Part shown: positions 48,001-59,645 of the stretch, piece by piece
How positions within the stretch are numbered: position 1 is the first letter of the stretch
Layout: every line of letters begins with the position of its first letter
IMG/VR virus record: IMGVR_UViG_3300037507_003370
Coordinates: 32,001 to 96,000 of that record
Reading direction: 5' to 3' (one strand)
DNA: 64,000 bases
DNA from: a virus
Lineage: Duplodnaviria; Caudoviricetes
Program-made: the position numbers and the translations under genes
The notes under the pieces: model-generated
Databases searched by the model: none
Told to the model about the DNA's origin: nothing
What the model saw: only the letters and a program-made list of their open reading frames with translations

Positions 48001-49444
48001 TAGTTCCATATCAACAACTACAGAAATAACATCTTTAGTGAATGATGTTACATACGAAATAAAGGTTGGAGAAGCTTTGAACGATACTTCAGAAGGGATT
48101 AATAATACCACTATCTGGTCGCCTATATATTATGCTACTCCTATTCAGGGAGAAGTTGTATCGCCAAGCGCCCCTAAAAATTTAACTGCCATTGTAAAAA
48201 ATCAAGCAGTAGAAATAAGCTGGACGCCTTCGTCAACTGCTAGAACACAAGATATCTACTATGTAGTACAATACAAACCAAATCAAGCAGGGGCCTCGTA
48301 TACATATGAATATTTTCATAACAGCGCTAGAGTAACAAAAACTATAATAAATCAACTACAAAATGACGTTGAATATTCGATCAGAGTAGGCACAATTTTT
48401 ACTGCTAGTAAATCTGCTATGGAAGCTATTCTTTGGTCAAGAACAATTACCGCAATTCCTAGTAGTTCTGCCCCAACAACTTCCGAATATGCTTATGATG
48501 TAGAGGTTGGTCCCACCTTTTTTAAAGATGAAATTTATTATACTATAGAGAATGGTAAATTAAAAATATCAAAAAACTTAGGAAGATCATTTATTACGTA
48601 TAATAATGCAGTTAAATTAACAAACCGTCCCGGACCATCAGAAGGAACAATTACAGATATTATAGACTTTTATCCAGCTCATAGCAGCTCTCCAGATCCT
48701 ACTAATAATGGTCTATACGACCCCGCGCCCACTGCAATAATTTCTACTATAAACGGTGGATTATATAGAATACAAAATTATAAAGATAATAATCAGGATC
48801 AATTAGTATTATATGACTATTACAGCGTACCTGTATCGTTAAGGAGCAATATTAATAAGACTAATCCTTATGTAGTACAGATTAATAACTCGGTATTCGC
48901 ATTGCTCGGTTATGATAAGTTGTCAGTAATACCAAGTTCTCTTGCTAGAAACTCTAATATTTTTACTAACAATTGGGATACTCTATCTTTAACAGAATCA
49001 GGGGAAAATAATGAGAATGTAAATAGTATATATGTTGAACCAATAACCAAAAAAATTTATGTGGCAACCAATGACGGATTATATGTATCTAATAATACTA
49101 TTACAGATTTGTCTATAAGTTTTACCAAAATTTATATTGGCATTGTTCGAGATGTATTTGTTGTAGATTCTAAAATTTATATTGCTACTGCTAATAATGC
49201 ATTCATGTCAGAAGACGGAGCAACCTGGACAAATATAAATGCTCCATTGAATGATTTATACAGAATTTGCGTTATGTACGATACTGTTTTTGTCCTTGGT
49301 ATCAATACTATTAATCAAATAATTCTTGTAATTTTAAATAACTCTATTTGGTCTAGTAAAATAATTGAAAATATTAATCAAATAACAGCATCAACTAATA
49401 TAGCAATAATTAGTATCAAACCATTTATTAAATACTCAGAATAG
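45059..49444 (+). CDS. Multi-FN3 virion surface protein (1461 aa)
   Basis: Seven FN3 repeats (SAP..L.A...N....ITW.AP...L.N..YEIKVG) at ~46085-48465, then a BNR/propeller-like C-terminus ([23 protein letters not shown]). Confidence 0.75.
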   Translation: MIKQYIENNLQLIEYNGQNLPLSFSHIALNSNKSGLVVQTSTGNVTVNEGTMVWVNNVGPYLVKDGPWIFVESLASLFQKSSKIYTTDNNGNYSITSLKNINDQFNQIKTLEKNNGYILVSNNIPYHFYDQDANALSDADVAEKVFFDVYKCSAANGIKPVHDDKLSKFINLDGIFTGFCNDYTTASAKIYANAIKLDANRDYTIKLSSDNSFVQISNPEILLSNISTSEYYYSTDITFRGKLVNTVFNLTIELYIDQELIDYDNLAVYIVCPKPPEPTPKPRNPIKANISIANTSGGGGGVPLITQSQTMTPTVTPTFTPTPTITPSPTEIPRPPIEALSFPSAPYNIKALSGNESLEITWEAPLQPRTAITNYTVSYAPKGEESANIIYIPISTDRKTILTSLLNNVEYEIKVGTVTATTSNFPFWSPSPIYASPTENQSVSAAPTLVASEKNKFIDLTWQPPTNLITGNSLYLLEVDGIIIKELSSSSPRMFALQSLNNDQQYKIRIGIAKSQSILGQPNFADPVYYSNTVYVTPRETGGVSVNAPRDLSVLGGDGTLYISWTAPQNIISGHSFYAVAYKTPAGAFKYVYTPINITEVSIANIRNAQYEIKVGTAPVQTFQNFESTIWSLSTYGTPKTVPIPYSAPELIAFPGNETIRVVWDTGGFTTIAYRPKIEGSVWLYHALGSDTSYIGIDNIPDQYLTNLSNNIEYEIKIGSNDTLLLSGRWPVPNGGNRVPPQDFEAENYWLASISSMPSSNKNLPASPVIRDTAFSNNTDFISQPGNQHIYLIWNPPYITRYLRNKLDDYYIIAYRLNQPGATFAYKIIPSNQTEFGYGTPNSFGSQFGGAGLSIQFTLADLENDEYEIKIGAGNSVIFDQQEINDSNLTEDIIKDLQVIWSKNYLFTTSSDKTTMANMTISNINAINNKISLKLNIARSSWRYTNKVVIGNNTTYVPIGVCILAYRIKDTNNWTYRSIPTSSISTTTEITSLVNDVTYEIKVGEALNDTSEGINNTTIWSPIYYATPIQGEVVSPSAPKNLTAIVKNQAVEISWTPSSTARTQDIYYVVQYKPNQAGASYTYEYFHNSARVTKTIINQLQNDVEYSIRVGTIFTASKSAMEAILWSRTITAIPSSSAPTTSEYAYDVEVGPTFFKDEIYYTIENGKLKISKNLGRSFITYNNAVKLTNRPGPSEGTITDIIDFYPAHSSSPDPTNNGLYDPAPTAIISTINGGLYRIQNYKDNNQDQLVLYDYYSVPVSLRSNINKTNPYVVQINNSVFALLGYDKLSVIPSSLARNSNIFTNNWDTLSLTESGENNENVNSIYVEPITKKIYVATNDGLYVSNNTITDLSISFTKIYIGIVRDVFVVDSKIYIATANNAFMSEDGATWTNINAPLNDLYRICVMYDTVFVLGINTINQIILVILNNSIWSSKIIENINQITASTNIAIISIKPFIKYSE

Positions 49445-49454
49445 AGAGTTAAAT

Positions 49455-50693
49455 ATGACAGATCAATGTAATTGCGACACAATTTTACCAAAAATAGATC
49501 CTACTAAAAGTCCAACGGCAACCAGCACACCTCCAGCTACACCACCAAGCACGGTGCCGCAAACTCCAACTCCTACAAAAACTCCTACTCGCACATTAAT
49601 ATTGCCAAGTGCTTCTCGTACTAACACTCCCACAAGAACAGCAACTAGCACATTTACTCCTACTAAAACGAAAACTAGCACACATACACCAACATCAACT
49701 AGTAAAAGAACACCAACTCCCACAAATACTCCAACAGTAACTCCTTCTGCCACTAAACTTTGCGGAGATATCAATTGTGTTCCTCCTTTAGTGTTAGATA
49801 TTAATGGTTGTGAATGTTCCACTCCCCCTGTTTTTCCTCCAGAACCACCAGTACCACCCAATCCTCCGACACTACCATGTGATAAAAAACTTCCAGATGG
49901 AACACCAGAAAAAATAACTGTGAATGGTTACGCTTTTTACAGGAAAACTATCTCTACGGTTAATATACCAGGATTAGGCCAAGTTCAATCAAAATGCGCA
50001 GGAGGACACGCTTGCGACAGAGCAGTATTTATTCCAAAATTAACTTTTAATAGTCAATCTTTTTCATCAACTCAAATTAGTTTAAACAATAGATCAACAG
50101 GAGACGATGTTTCTGCTACCTTTAATTTTTCAGACGTTCCATTAAATCTATTTAAGGAAGGCGCCTCTGTTGAGCTTTTTTGTAATCTATCTAATGGCCA
50201 GTGTCATGACGGAATTACATGGGTTGTTCTAACCACAACCATAAATGAACAAACAATCAAATTATTTGATAGTTGCGTGCTGCCTAATAAATCGACTAAA
50301 TTAAATTATGAGTGCTGTCCAACATGCGACGAAATGATTGCTAAGTTTTCTGGGAATAGTACCTTCGTTGGTTTGGGTCAATTAAACAATATAACTAAAC
50401 CTATGCAATGGACTAAAATGGGTAAAGATTGTTGGAGTAGCAATGTATCATTGAAAAATGCCTGCAATGAAGATGTGTCTATAGGATTTTTAGTATGCTG
50501 TGTTAATGATAAATTTGTAGTGACTGGTTCTTTGAGCATAGGGCTACCGGCAACGAAAATATGTGATCAAATTACTTTGGATTGCTTTCCTTCAAATGGC
50601 TCTTTACCGGTCTTTTCTTGCTGCTGGGATAATTTTAATACTTCTTGCCAGCCTAATTATTTCAGTTGTCCATTTTTTGAAGTCGTTCCTTAG
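49455..50693 (+). CDS. Cys-rich virion protein with Thr/Pro linker (412 aa)
   Basis: About 25 Cys; Thr/Pro stretch at ~49500-49755; [12 protein letters not shown] motif. Confidence 0.6.
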   Translation: MTDQCNCDTILPKIDPTKSPTATSTPPATPPSTVPQTPTPTKTPTRTLILPSASRTNTPTRTATSTFTPTKTKTSTHTPTSTSKRTPTPTNTPTVTPSATKLCGDINCVPPLVLDINGCECSTPPVFPPEPPVPPNPPTLPCDKKLPDGTPEKITVNGYAFYRKTISTVNIPGLGQVQSKCAGGHACDRAVFIPKLTFNSQSFSSTQISLNNRSTGDDVSATFNFSDVPLNLFKEGASVELFCNLSNGQCHDGITWVVLTTTINEQTIKLFDSCVLPNKSTKLNYECCPTCDEMIAKFSGNSTFVGLGQLNNITKPMQWTKMGKDCWSSNVSLKNACNEDVSIGFLVCCVNDKFVVTGSLSIGLPATKICDQITLDCFPSNGSLPVFSCCWDNFNTSCQPNYFSCPFFEVVP

Positions 50694-50705
50694 TGTATAT
50701 TAATG
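50692..50705 (+). promoter_or_regulatory. Putative phage promoter motif variant
   Basis: AGTGTATATTAATG overlapping the stop of 49455-50693, upstream of 50751. Confidence 0.4.
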
Positions 50706-50750
50706 TAGGACCTATCATTTTATTAACAAATAACCAATATTGATCATTTT

Positions 50751-53700
50751 ATGCAAGAAACAGTAATTAATCAGGCTGACTGCCCCATAGAAGTAACTTT
50801 AGAAGCAACCATAGAAAATTTGGTAATTGGTAATTCGTATACATATGAATTCAGTCTTTTAAATAGTGGCACGGTGTCTTTTAAACCCAAAGCAGGAATG
50901 TTCATTGCCACGTCAGAATCACAAAAAATAAAAACATTTGCTCTAATACAAAGTAATGATCTTAAAAAATATCTTATACAATTAGTCATTCATGACGATG
51001 AATTGAATCGTATTGGTAGAGAAATTTATTGTTTAAAAGTAATATCAAATAACTCTAAACCCGTTTGCACTCCGTCGAATTCTCCAACACCAACACAAAC
51101 ACCAATAAATATACAGCAATATTTATTATTGTCAAATTACGCAATCATAGACGATCTTAAAAACTATCCTGACTCCAATGACTTAGGAGCTGTAAATTAC
51201 CCATATGGTATAAGTAAAGCAGAAATAACAGTTGGCGAATGGATGGAATTTTTAAATGCTGTGGCTTTTTATGATGATCCATATCAGTTATGGAAACCTG
51301 AAATGGCATCAGATATTAAATGTGGTATTGTTAAAAAATTTGATGGCAATTATAATTGTTACTCATTATTAACTTGCGAAGACACCAATGCAGACGGAAA
51401 TGTTGACGTTTTGGATATTAGCAATGTATTAGCCGGAGAGTCAATCGGAGGATGTTACTATTATCCCGGTATTAAAAATAGCGCTATAGGATATTTAACA
51501 TGGTTTGATATTGCGAGATATTGCAACTGGTTGCATAACGATAAAAAAAGAGGCTATCCAGACTCTACTACAACAGAGGATGGGGCATATTCTTTATATG
51601 GAACTATGGACACTCCGATTCCTAAGAATGCTAATGCTAAATTTTGGATTCCAACAGAAGACGAATGGTACAAAGCTGCGTATTATGACGGTAAAAATGA
51701 TAAATATTGGAGATATGGAACACGATCAGACAATATTCCTGGATTCGATCTAGATGAAATCAGGGATTATGACAATGATGGTCAAATAAATGATGCTGAT
51801 CAAATAATACTGAACAATAAAAGTAATTTTGTATATGCATATGGCCATCTATTATCAGACAGCTCTTTACCGCAAGACTTTGAGACAATTAATGAATTAT
51901 TATCGTTAATTAATCAAGCTCCAATAAATACTAAACCATATTCTTTAGTAGATCTTATATATTCTAATACTAAAACAGTCATTAATTTGCAATCAAATAC
52001 AACTAACGATTATTGGATTGTTAATTGGGATCCTAATTTACCAACATTAACAAAAATAGATTTATTGAATAATAACAATATTGCAAATTGGAATAGTTCA
52101 CAAATCAAATCTTATGATGTAGGCTCTTACTACGGCGTTAAAGATGTTGCGGGCGGAGTCAAGGAGTGGACATCAACACCAGATACAAGAGATGTTCAAT
52201 TAAAATCAAAATATTTTATAAGACAAGGATCATTCACTGATAATCATATTACGTTAACAAATCTAAATAAAGACACCAAACAGTCTTATGATATTACATC
52301 ATATAGATCAGACTTGGGTGGTAGAATAGCTATTAATTATAACTTATTGGTAAAGTTCCCATTAAGAGTATATTGCGTTTCTAGTGCTTTTAGAATGAAG
52401 AACCCAGAAAATAACGAAATCAAAGATTTTTGGGCTGGATATTATGATGGAGTGAAAAAGGATGAGCCATTTTTAATAGACACAATAGATCCTAACAACG
52501 GAACTGGATTTAGAGTTAATTCTTATTTTGATTATAAAACAAATATTGATCATACAATATATAATAGCCCATATAAAAACTTGATTTATTCTACTCTAGA
52601 ATTGGCTATGATAGACGGAGAGAACAGGGTCGTTGCTTATGCTACTACAAGTAACACTGATTTTGACAATCCAACTAGAAATGGTTGCGGATATAGTTGT
52701 GGTATAGTTTTTGGAGAATTACCAGGAGAAAAAGGTACCCCAATATCTAATATATGGATATTGGGTGGAAAAGTTTCTAAATCATATAATATATTTAGTA
52801 ATATTAAAGCATATGATTATATTCCTGAAACTCTTATAACGACTCCAACACCAACTCCTACAATTACTGTAACTTCTAGCATAACGAATACTCCAACACC
52901 AACAGTAACACAGACTAGAACTCCAACTCAAACTTTTACTAAAACTCCAACACAGACTAGAACTCCAACAAAAACAGCAAGAGCAACAGTTACTCCAACT
53001 AAAACACCAACACAAACTCCAACTCCATCTTTTACATCCACACCAACACAAACCCCAACACTAACACAGACCAAAACTCCATCAGAAACAGCAACAGCAA
53101 CAGTTACTCCTAGTATCACAGCAACAAATACTACTACTCCAACTAATACTCCAACTAATACAGAGACACCGACTAAAACTCCGACGCTTACTCCCACTGC
53201 TACCAATACACAAACTCCTACTAATACTATAACTCGCACACCAAGGCCAACACCCACACCAACTAGTTTTATATCTAATCTTATTGCTTGGGGAGATAAC
53301 TATTATAGTCAATTAAGTTTTGCTGGATTAACTGAGTCATTCTTGGATCCTCCTAGATTAGCTGATCAAAGCAATAATGCATATGATAATTATGATAATA
53401 TCTTAAAGTATACTAATTTAGATAATCGTTCATGTGTTATATTTGATGCTGTGTCAGTAGGAGCTAATTTTAGTCTTGGTATAGACTCTTTTGGAAAATT
53501 ACATAGCGTTGGCAATAATCAGTGGGGTCAATTAGGATTAGGTAATTATGATACTAAGAGAAATTTTACATCAATATCGTCAACTCCTAGTGAAACTAGA
53601 TTCCAAGAGGTAAGCGCTGGATTGTTTCACGGAGCTGCTATAGATCAAAATGGAGATTTATGGACATGGGGAAGAAATTCTGATGGACAATTAGGTAACC

Positions 53701-56700
53701 ATTATTTACCAAGACCAATACATTTAATTTCAAATGCTGATGACGAAACTAAAATATATGTTATAAATATTCCAGGAGATGTATCTTCTGAATATTCAAA
53801 CCAAGATCAACTAATAATTGATTATTACAATGGTAAAAATAATATTACAGACACAAGCGCCATGGTTTTCTATGATCCAGTGGTACAGTCTATAGGTGGT
53901 CAAACCTATACAACCATAGGTATTTTGTGGGAAAATTATGCTGAGAATATGGACTTTTCTGTTATTCCCACGGTTCTTTCAAAAACCAAGAAGGATACAG
54001 ATCCGGGATTATTAGCAAAGGCTAATCCAAGTAAGATTAAAGTTTATAAAGAATACAGATATTGTATCGAAAAAGAATCATCTTTTTATGCTACAAAAAC
54101 ACCAACTTCGACACCAACGACAACCCCCACTAATACTTTAACTAGTACAATAACAAGCAGTCCAACAACAACTAATACTCAAACTCCAACTGCTACCCTT
54201 ACTCAAACTGTTACGAACACTAATACTCAAACCAATACATTATCTAAAACAGCAACAGCAACAGTTACTCCAACATTTACTCCAACCAGCACTAATACAC
54301 CCTCACCTTCTGCCACATCTTTGTTGACACCAACGCCAACAGCATCACCAACACCAACAAAGACATCAACACCAACTTTTACTTCTACTCCAACATTTAC
54401 TCAAACAGCCACTAATACTGCCACTATTACTGCCACAGTTACACAAACTAGGACCTCTACTCCTACAAATACATCCACAGTAACTGTTACTAGAACATCA
54501 ACTCCAACAAATACAGAAACTCCTACTACAACACCGACAACAACTCCTACTCCTACTGTAACCCAAACAAAACAATATTTTCCTGTATTTACAGTATATG
54601 GTAATATAACATCTATATTAAATAATAGTAACAAGCATTTATGTTTTGTAAATATTTATGATGATAACTCTTATCCAGCAGCACTACACAAAGTTAAGGT
54701 ATTGAATGTAGAATATAATAGCAATTTAGATATAAGCAAGATCACAGTAGATCATTCTATGATAAATGCTATTGATACTTCAAAATTAAAGTTTATTTCT
54801 ATCATCAGATTCACTTCTAGCGAAGTAAACTATGAATATCAAACCTTTAGTAAGGTATATGCTGGAGAAGCTCATACTCTAGCCTTAGATAGTTCTGGCA
54901 GACTATATGGCTGTGGAAGCAACAAGTATGGACAGCTTGGAATAGGATTGATCCAAGAAGTTGATGGTTCTGGAGAGGTAGTCACAGATAATGGTCGTCC
55001 AATAGTTAAAATAGGAATCATGAATAATATGGTTCTTGTTAATCCTCCAACAGGAAGAAGATATTGTTATAATAGAGGCTTTGGATGGAAGAAAATTTGT
55101 TTAGGAAGATTCCATACATTAGGACTTGATCATTATGGTCAAATCTGGTGCTGGGGAGATAATGGATTTGGTCAGATTGGACTCGGACCAACTAGCACAC
55201 AAATCAAAAAAGCAGTAATACTACAAGAAACATATCCTGCTGTTGGTAGTATCGTAGAAAAAGATGTTCCTAGCAGAACCAATACTACAATACCATATGC
55301 TCCATTGCCAGTTAGAGTGGTTGTATTACAAGATAATTATTCTGACTTTAGAAATAAAGAAGCAGAAACAGATATTTGGTTAGATATAGCTGCTGGAGGA
55401 TATCATAATCTAGCAATTAAGAAAGAATTCTCAGATATAACAGACTATGGCTCTATATGGGGTTGGGGAAATAATGATTTTAGACAACTATCAACAGTTA
55501 TTGGTTCGCCAAAAGTTATTACTGATGATCCAACAGTAGTAGAAATCGCACAGATAACTTTCGGAGCGATTAAAAATGACAATAGTAGAAACTATTGGAG
55601 AAGAGTATATGCTGGCAGAATCACATCCTATGCTATAAAATCATCAGCAGAGGGAGATATTGCTGCTCCAGGGTCCATGTGGTCTTGGGGAGAGAGCAAC
55701 AGAGGACAAACAGGAAATATAGCTTCTAGAGTAAATGTAATATCTACTATCCAAACCATACCCGGACTTGTGATTAATCCCAACTTACCAAATGGTAATT
55801 TCATAATTCCAACAAATATCAATGATACTAAGATCATAGGAATAGGACATCTATCAAACCATGTATTAATTGTAAATAATAGAAGTAATTTTATAGAACC
55901 ATTGGTATATAATATTTTCCCACAAACAACAGCAACTCCAACTAGCACACCAACCAGCAGTCCAACAGCTACTTTTGTGATTAATGCTACTCCTACGGCA
56001 ACAGCGAGTCCAACAGTTACTCCTACAAATACAAGAACTTCTACATTAACACCAACGCCAACTTTAACTAGTACATTAACAACCACCCCAACGCCAACAG
56101 TTACCCAGACACCCACCGCAACAAATTATTTGAATAACTTTTTCTCACTAAGTAGTGACCCAACAATTTCTATTAAAATAGATCAAACAGCAAAGAATGA
56201 ACTTATAAAAGCTCCAACTAATTGGCCATGGAGTATTCCCACTGAATATGGTGATCCTAACGACTATATTGTTCCAAACACATCCGTAGGAGCAAAAGAA
56301 ATAAACGCATGGAGACAAAGCTATAAAAATGTACAAATTATAATTTCATACAATAACCAAAAGTATACTGACGCTAATGTAAAAGGAAGAGTTAAGGGAT
56401 TTGGAACTTTTAGACCATATAATAGAAAATCTCCATTTAAGATTAAAACAAACTCTGTAACAATAAACGGATTATCTCCTCTTAAAACGCTTAATATAAA
56501 CAATATGTTACAGGATAACTCAAAAACAGCAGAACACTTATCGTATAAGATATTCCATGACTACAATAGTTACCTAACGCAACAATCTGCTCCGCAACCC
56601 TTCATGTTTGCTCCTAGAACTAATTTTACTAGAGTTTTCTTAAATGACTCTACTATACAAATAGTAAACAGGCACGGATCTTCACCAGCATTAATAACAA

Positions 56701-59624
56701 GTGCAAGACATTATCTTAAAGTTAACCAAGCAGTCAGAATAGTTAATATTGATGGAATAAATCCAGATAATGTTTATTATGTTGTTCAACCGTATCTAAC
56801 AACTAACACATTCGCCGTATCTGCTACCCCAGGAGGAGATACGTTACCAATTTCTACATTAGTTCCTAATTCTGAATTTTATGCAGATTTTGGGGAATAT
56901 TTGATAATAGAGCCTCTTGAAGATATATATAAGCTCAACGAATTATTCGGTATTAATAATACTAAACATCTTTATGAAATACAGGGCTCACAAATTCCAT
57001 CTTTATATAATGATCCTAATGGTCTTGGATATGGTATTGATTATGGATCCTCTGACAATAGCGATTTAATTAACTTGATTAGCAAAATTAATAGTTATGA
57101 TAGTATTAGTAGGGCCGCTAATATTGAAACTTGGGAATACAATCCTAATTCTTGGAAAAATAATATGGAAACATGTATGGACGTTAGGCAGTGTATTAGG
57201 TATTGTGCTATGGAGACCGTATTAGGTAAATTTGACGGTTTTGTTTATGGGCAAAATAATACATATTTGCACATTGATAGTTCTAATATAGCGAGACTAT
57301 TGCCTTGGGGTAATGACTCCTGTTTCAGCAACAGTGCTGTGTTTTTTCTTCCATATGTATATAACGGCTCCGCAACGAGCATCGAAGAAATATCATTCGC
57401 TACATTTTATACTAGGGTTATGTCTAATGCTTCAACTAGACAAATGTATATAGAAGAATTATACGCTTTCTACAACTTTTTACAATCTTACAAAACATCC
57501 ACATTACAGCCTTATATAAATAGTGCATTAAATACAAAAACTAATGATTATTTATCAGATACCAAATTACTATCAACTCAATATGATGCGTCTACATCAA
57601 ACATAAGCATCTCTCACATTAATTCATTATCACCTTACTTAGACTTATTCATGGCATTGCCGTCCATACCAGAATTTTTTACTGCTTCGAGAAATATCGG
57701 CCATATAACAGAGTTCAACATTGTTCAGTTAACTTGGAGCTCTGTTACCACAAGACTTGATAATAGTCTAATATCAGGAGATTCTGTAGCTTATTATGTT
57801 ATAGCATCATATCCCCATTGCCCTGCTGCGTCAGACGCAGATGTGGTGGCTGACGCTTTTAATGGATATCGTGTTGCAACAATACTAGACGACGGAGCCT
57901 CTATTTATTCTACACAAATTGATTTGACAACTATACCATTAGATGTTATGTCCGATGGAGGATTCAGATTTTGTATTATTCCTGCTATTTTAGTTGACGG
58001 AAATATTGATACTCCGACAGTAAAATTTAGAACAGAATATACCCCACCATTTGCCGTATTGGCATCTTCTTATACTCCGGATCCACCACCTTTTCCAGTA
58101 GGAGGGCCCAGCCCAACGCCTAGTGCCACACCAACAAATACTCCAACCTCGACTTTATATTCTACTCCAACAGCCACTATAACATCAACACCCACTAGAA
58201 CTCCCAATATTACTCCTACTAGAACATCAACAACAACACCATCTATAACTCCTACTAAAACTACAACCAGAACACAAACACCTACTTCAACAGCAACTAA
58301 TACTCAAACAAGAGCAACTCCTACTCCCACAAGCACTGTGACGAGAACTAATCTTGCGTCCACGCCAACCAACACAATAACTCCAACTTTAACAGTATCT
58401 AATACTCCTACGAGAACACCAACAGTAACTCCTAGTTTAACAGTATCTAATACTCCTACCAGAACACCAACAGTAACTCCTACGGTTACAATGGCCACTC
58501 CAAATGCAGCTAATTATTTCTATGGAGCAACTTGGAACGGAACAACTGGTAATGTTACTACAGTTGGCACCAACGGCGGTCCAAGTTATTGGGGCACTTA
58601 TGATCAAAGCGGTAACGTGTTTGAATGGACAGATACGGTTTCTCCAATTGGTCATAGAACGATTAGAGGAGGATCATTTGATTATGGTGCTAATACTTTA
58701 GCAAAATCTAATAGAGCAGTAATCAATCCTTCTGACGAAAGTCCAAGTATTGGATTTAGAGTGTGCTCTGCATCTAACATATTAAATATTGGTACTTTTG
58801 TAAGAATATCTGATATAAATAATCCAGCAGATACAACAGGATATGGTAATGTTGACTATATCTATATGATAAGTGCTTTTGAAATAACAAATTCTCAATA
58901 TGTAGAATTCTTAAATGCTATTGCTTCTACGGATAATAATGCTCTTTATAATATCTCAATGTCAACAAATCCTAGAGCCGGTATAGAAAGAGTAGGATCA
59001 AACGGATCTTATTCTTATTCTGTAAGACCAAATATGGGTAACAAGCCAGTTAATTTAGTTAGTTGGTATGACGCTGCAAGATATGTTAATTGGTTATGTA
59101 ATTTTAAACCAACAGGATCACAAAATGCCACAACAACAGAGGATGGCGCATATAATTTAGTTAATCCTGAATCATATCCAGTAAAGAATGTTATTAATCC
59201 AAACACTGATCAAAATATCTCATATTGGATACCAGGAGAAGATGAATGGTATAAAGCAGCACATTACTCTGCTAATCAAACAAATTTAAACTCATGGACA
59301 TATCTCAATGACAATGATCTAGGAGTAACTAGTTCTTTTCCAGTAGCAATAGAGCCACAGATCCAAGTTGGATGGAGAATAAGAACAGGAGCATCTTGGT
59401 CAACAGTAACTAGTGTAAATTATACTGGAGAACCACCATATCCTTGGACCATATCCATAAGTCCTGGAGTATTAGACACAACAGGAGATGGAGGAGGAGA
59501 GAATGTTGGAGTATATACATTCTATGAGTCGATACCATCTTCAGCATACTTTACATATGCTACTAAAAATAATAATACTCCAGCTATAGTTTCAGCTAAT
59601 AGCAATGGAGACGGAGTAAGATAA
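50751..59624 (+). CDS. Giant modular virion surface protein: FGE-sulfatase domain, RCC1 repeats, CotH-like kinase, circularly permuted FGE-sulfatase domain, four long Thr/Pro linkers (2957 aa)
   Basis: FGE motifs ([39 protein letters not shown]) at ~51150-52335. RCC1 blades (AG..H.....G..W.WG.N..GQLG) at ~53278-55880. CotH motifs at ~56150-57650. Second FGE domain at 58506-59621. Confidence 0.8.
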   Translation: MQETVINQADCPIEVTLEATIENLVIGNSYTYEFSLLNSGTVSFKPKAGMFIATSESQKIKTFALIQSNDLKKYLIQLVIHDDELNRIGREIYCLKVISNNSKPVCTPSNSPTPTQTPINIQQYLLLSNYAIIDDLKNYPDSNDLGAVNYPYGISKAEITVGEWMEFLNAVAFYDDPYQLWKPEMASDIKCGIVKKFDGNYNCYSLLTCEDTNADGNVDVLDISNVLAGESIGGCYYYPGIKNSAIGYLTWFDIARYCNWLHNDKKRGYPDSTTTEDGAYSLYGTMDTPIPKNANAKFWIPTEDEWYKAAYYDGKNDKYWRYGTRSDNIPGFDLDEIRDYDNDGQINDADQIILNNKSNFVYAYGHLLSDSSLPQDFETINELLSLINQAPINTKPYSLVDLIYSNTKTVINLQSNTTNDYWIVNWDPNLPTLTKIDLLNNNNIANWNSSQIKSYDVGSYYGVKDVAGGVKEWTSTPDTRDVQLKSKYFIRQGSFTDNHITLTNLNKDTKQSYDITSYRSDLGGRIAINYNLLVKFPLRVYCVSSAFRMKNPENNEIKDFWAGYYDGVKKDEPFLIDTIDPNNGTGFRVNSYFDYKTNIDHTIYNSPYKNLIYSTLELAMIDGENRVVAYATTSNTDFDNPTRNGCGYSCGIVFGELPGEKGTPISNIWILGGKVSKSYNIFSNIKAYDYIPETLITTPTPTPTITVTSSITNTPTPTVTQTRTPTQTFTKTPTQTRTPTKTARATVTPTKTPTQTPTPSFTSTPTQTPTLTQTKTPSETATATVTPSITATNTTTPTNTPTNTETPTKTPTLTPTATNTQTPTNTITRTPRPTPTPTSFISNLIAWGDNYYSQLSFAGLTESFLDPPRLADQSNNAYDNYDNILKYTNLDNRSCVIFDAVSVGANFSLGIDSFGKLHSVGNNQWGQLGLGNYDTKRNFTSISSTPSETRFQEVSAGLFHGAAIDQNGDLWTWGRNSDGQLGNHYLPRPIHLISNADDETKIYVINIPGDVSSEYSNQDQLIIDYYNGKNNITDTSAMVFYDPVVQSIGGQTYTTIGILWENYAENMDFSVIPTVLSKTKKDTDPGLLAKANPSKIKVYKEYRYCIEKESSFYATKTPTSTPTTTPTNTLTSTITSSPTTTNTQTPTATLTQTVTNTNTQTNTLSKTATATVTPTFTPTSTNTPSPSATSLLTPTPTASPTPTKTSTPTFTSTPTFTQTATNTATITATVTQTRTSTPTNTSTVTVTRTSTPTNTETPTTTPTTTPTPTVTQTKQYFPVFTVYGNITSILNNSNKHLCFVNIYDDNSYPAALHKVKVLNVEYNSNLDISKITVDHSMINAIDTSKLKFISIIRFTSSEVNYEYQTFSKVYAGEAHTLALDSSGRLYGCGSNKYGQLGIGLIQEVDGSGEVVTDNGRPIVKIGIMNNMVLVNPPTGRRYCYNRGFGWKKICLGRFHTLGLDHYGQIWCWGDNGFGQIGLGPTSTQIKKAVILQETYPAVGSIVEKDVPSRTNTTIPYAPLPVRVVVLQDNYSDFRNKEAETDIWLDIAAGGYHNLAIKKEFSDITDYGSIWGWGNNDFRQLSTVIGSPKVITDDPTVVEIAQITFGAIKNDNSRNYWRRVYAGRITSYAIKSSAEGDIAAPGSMWSWGESNRGQTGNIASRVNVISTIQTIPGLVINPNLPNGNFIIPTNINDTKIIGIGHLSNHVLIVNNRSNFIEPLVYNIFPQTTATPTSTPTSSPTATFVINATPTATASPTVTPTNTRTSTLTPTPTLTSTLTTTPTPTVTQTPTATNYLNNFFSLSSDPTISIKIDQTAKNELIKAPTNWPWSIPTEYGDPNDYIVPNTSVGAKEINAWRQSYKNVQIIISYNNQKYTDANVKGRVKGFGTFRPYNRKSPFKIKTNSVTINGLSPLKTLNINNMLQDNSKTAEHLSYKIFHDYNSYLTQQSAPQPFMFAPRTNFTRVFLNDSTIQIVNRHGSSPALITSARHYLKVNQAVRIVNIDGINPDNVYYVVQPYLTTNTFAVSATPGGDTLPISTLVPNSEFYADFGEYLIIEPLEDIYKLNELFGINNTKHLYEIQGSQIPSLYNDPNGLGYGIDYGSSDNSDLINLISKINSYDSISRAANIETWEYNPNSWKNNMETCMDVRQCIRYCAMETVLGKFDGFVYGQNNTYLHIDSSNIARLLPWGNDSCFSNSAVFFLPYVYNGSATSIEEISFATFYTRVMSNASTRQMYIEELYAFYNFLQSYKTSTLQPYINSALNTKTNDYLSDTKLLSTQYDASTSNISISHINSLSPYLDLFMALPSIPEFFTASRNIGHITEFNIVQLTWSSVTTRLDNSLISGDSVAYYVIASYPHCPAASDADVVADAFNGYRVATILDDGASIYSTQIDLTTIPLDVMSDGGFRFCIIPAILVDGNIDTPTVKFRTEYTPPFAVLASSYTPDPPPFPVGGPSPTPSATPTNTPTSTLYSTPTATITSTPTRTPNITPTRTSTTTPSITPTKTTTRTQTPTSTATNTQTRATPTPTSTVTRTNLASTPTNTITPTLTVSNTPTRTPTVTPSLTVSNTPTRTPTVTPTVTMATPNAANYFYGATWNGTTGNVTTVGTNGGPSYWGTYDQSGNVFEWTDTVSPIGHRTIRGGSFDYGANTLAKSNRAVINPSDESPSIGFRVCSASNILNIGTFVRISDINNPADTTGYGNVDYIYMISAFEITNSQYVEFLNAIASTDNNALYNISMSTNPRAGIERVGSNGSYSYSVRPNMGNKPVNLVSWYDAARYVNWLCNFKPTGSQNATTTEDGAYNLVNPESYPVKNVINPNTDQNISYWIPGEDEWYKAAHYSANQTNLNSWTYLNDNDLGVTSSFPVAIEPQIQVGWRIRTGASWSTVTSVNYTGEPPYPWTISISPGVLDTTGDGGGENVGVYTFYESIPSSAYFTYATKNNNTPAIVSANSNGDGVR
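58388..58483 (+). repeat. 48-bp tandem duplication (2 copies, 46/48 identical) encoding [15 protein letters not shown](S/T)
   Basis: tttaacagtatctaatactcctac(g/c)agaacaccaacagtaactccta(g/c) at 58388-58435 and 58436-58483. Confidence 0.9.
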
Positions 59625-59645
59625 AAGACTTAAAGGATAAAAGCT

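Noticed and set aside
39112-58500. CRISPR-like or non-coding repeat arrays suggested by recurring ACTCCAAC/ACACCAAC words
   Set aside because: The words are in-frame Thr-Pro codons with synonymous variation and have no constant repeat-spacer periodicity.
52782-58655. Minus-strand ORFs rich in Val/Gly or Cys/Trp/Ser (e.g. 52928-53257, 54401-54634, 55628-56116, 58304-58498; also 49463-49861 and 16992-17255)
   Set aside because: They are antisense shadows of Thr/Pro or poly-Gly coding repeats, with no RBS or independent protein features.
58506-59624. Diversity-generating retroelement targeting the C-terminal FGE/C-type-lectin domain
   Set aside because: No reverse transcriptase, no Avd-like gene and no near-identical TR/VR pair differing at adenines was seen in the window. 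A TR elsewhere in the genome cannot be excluded.
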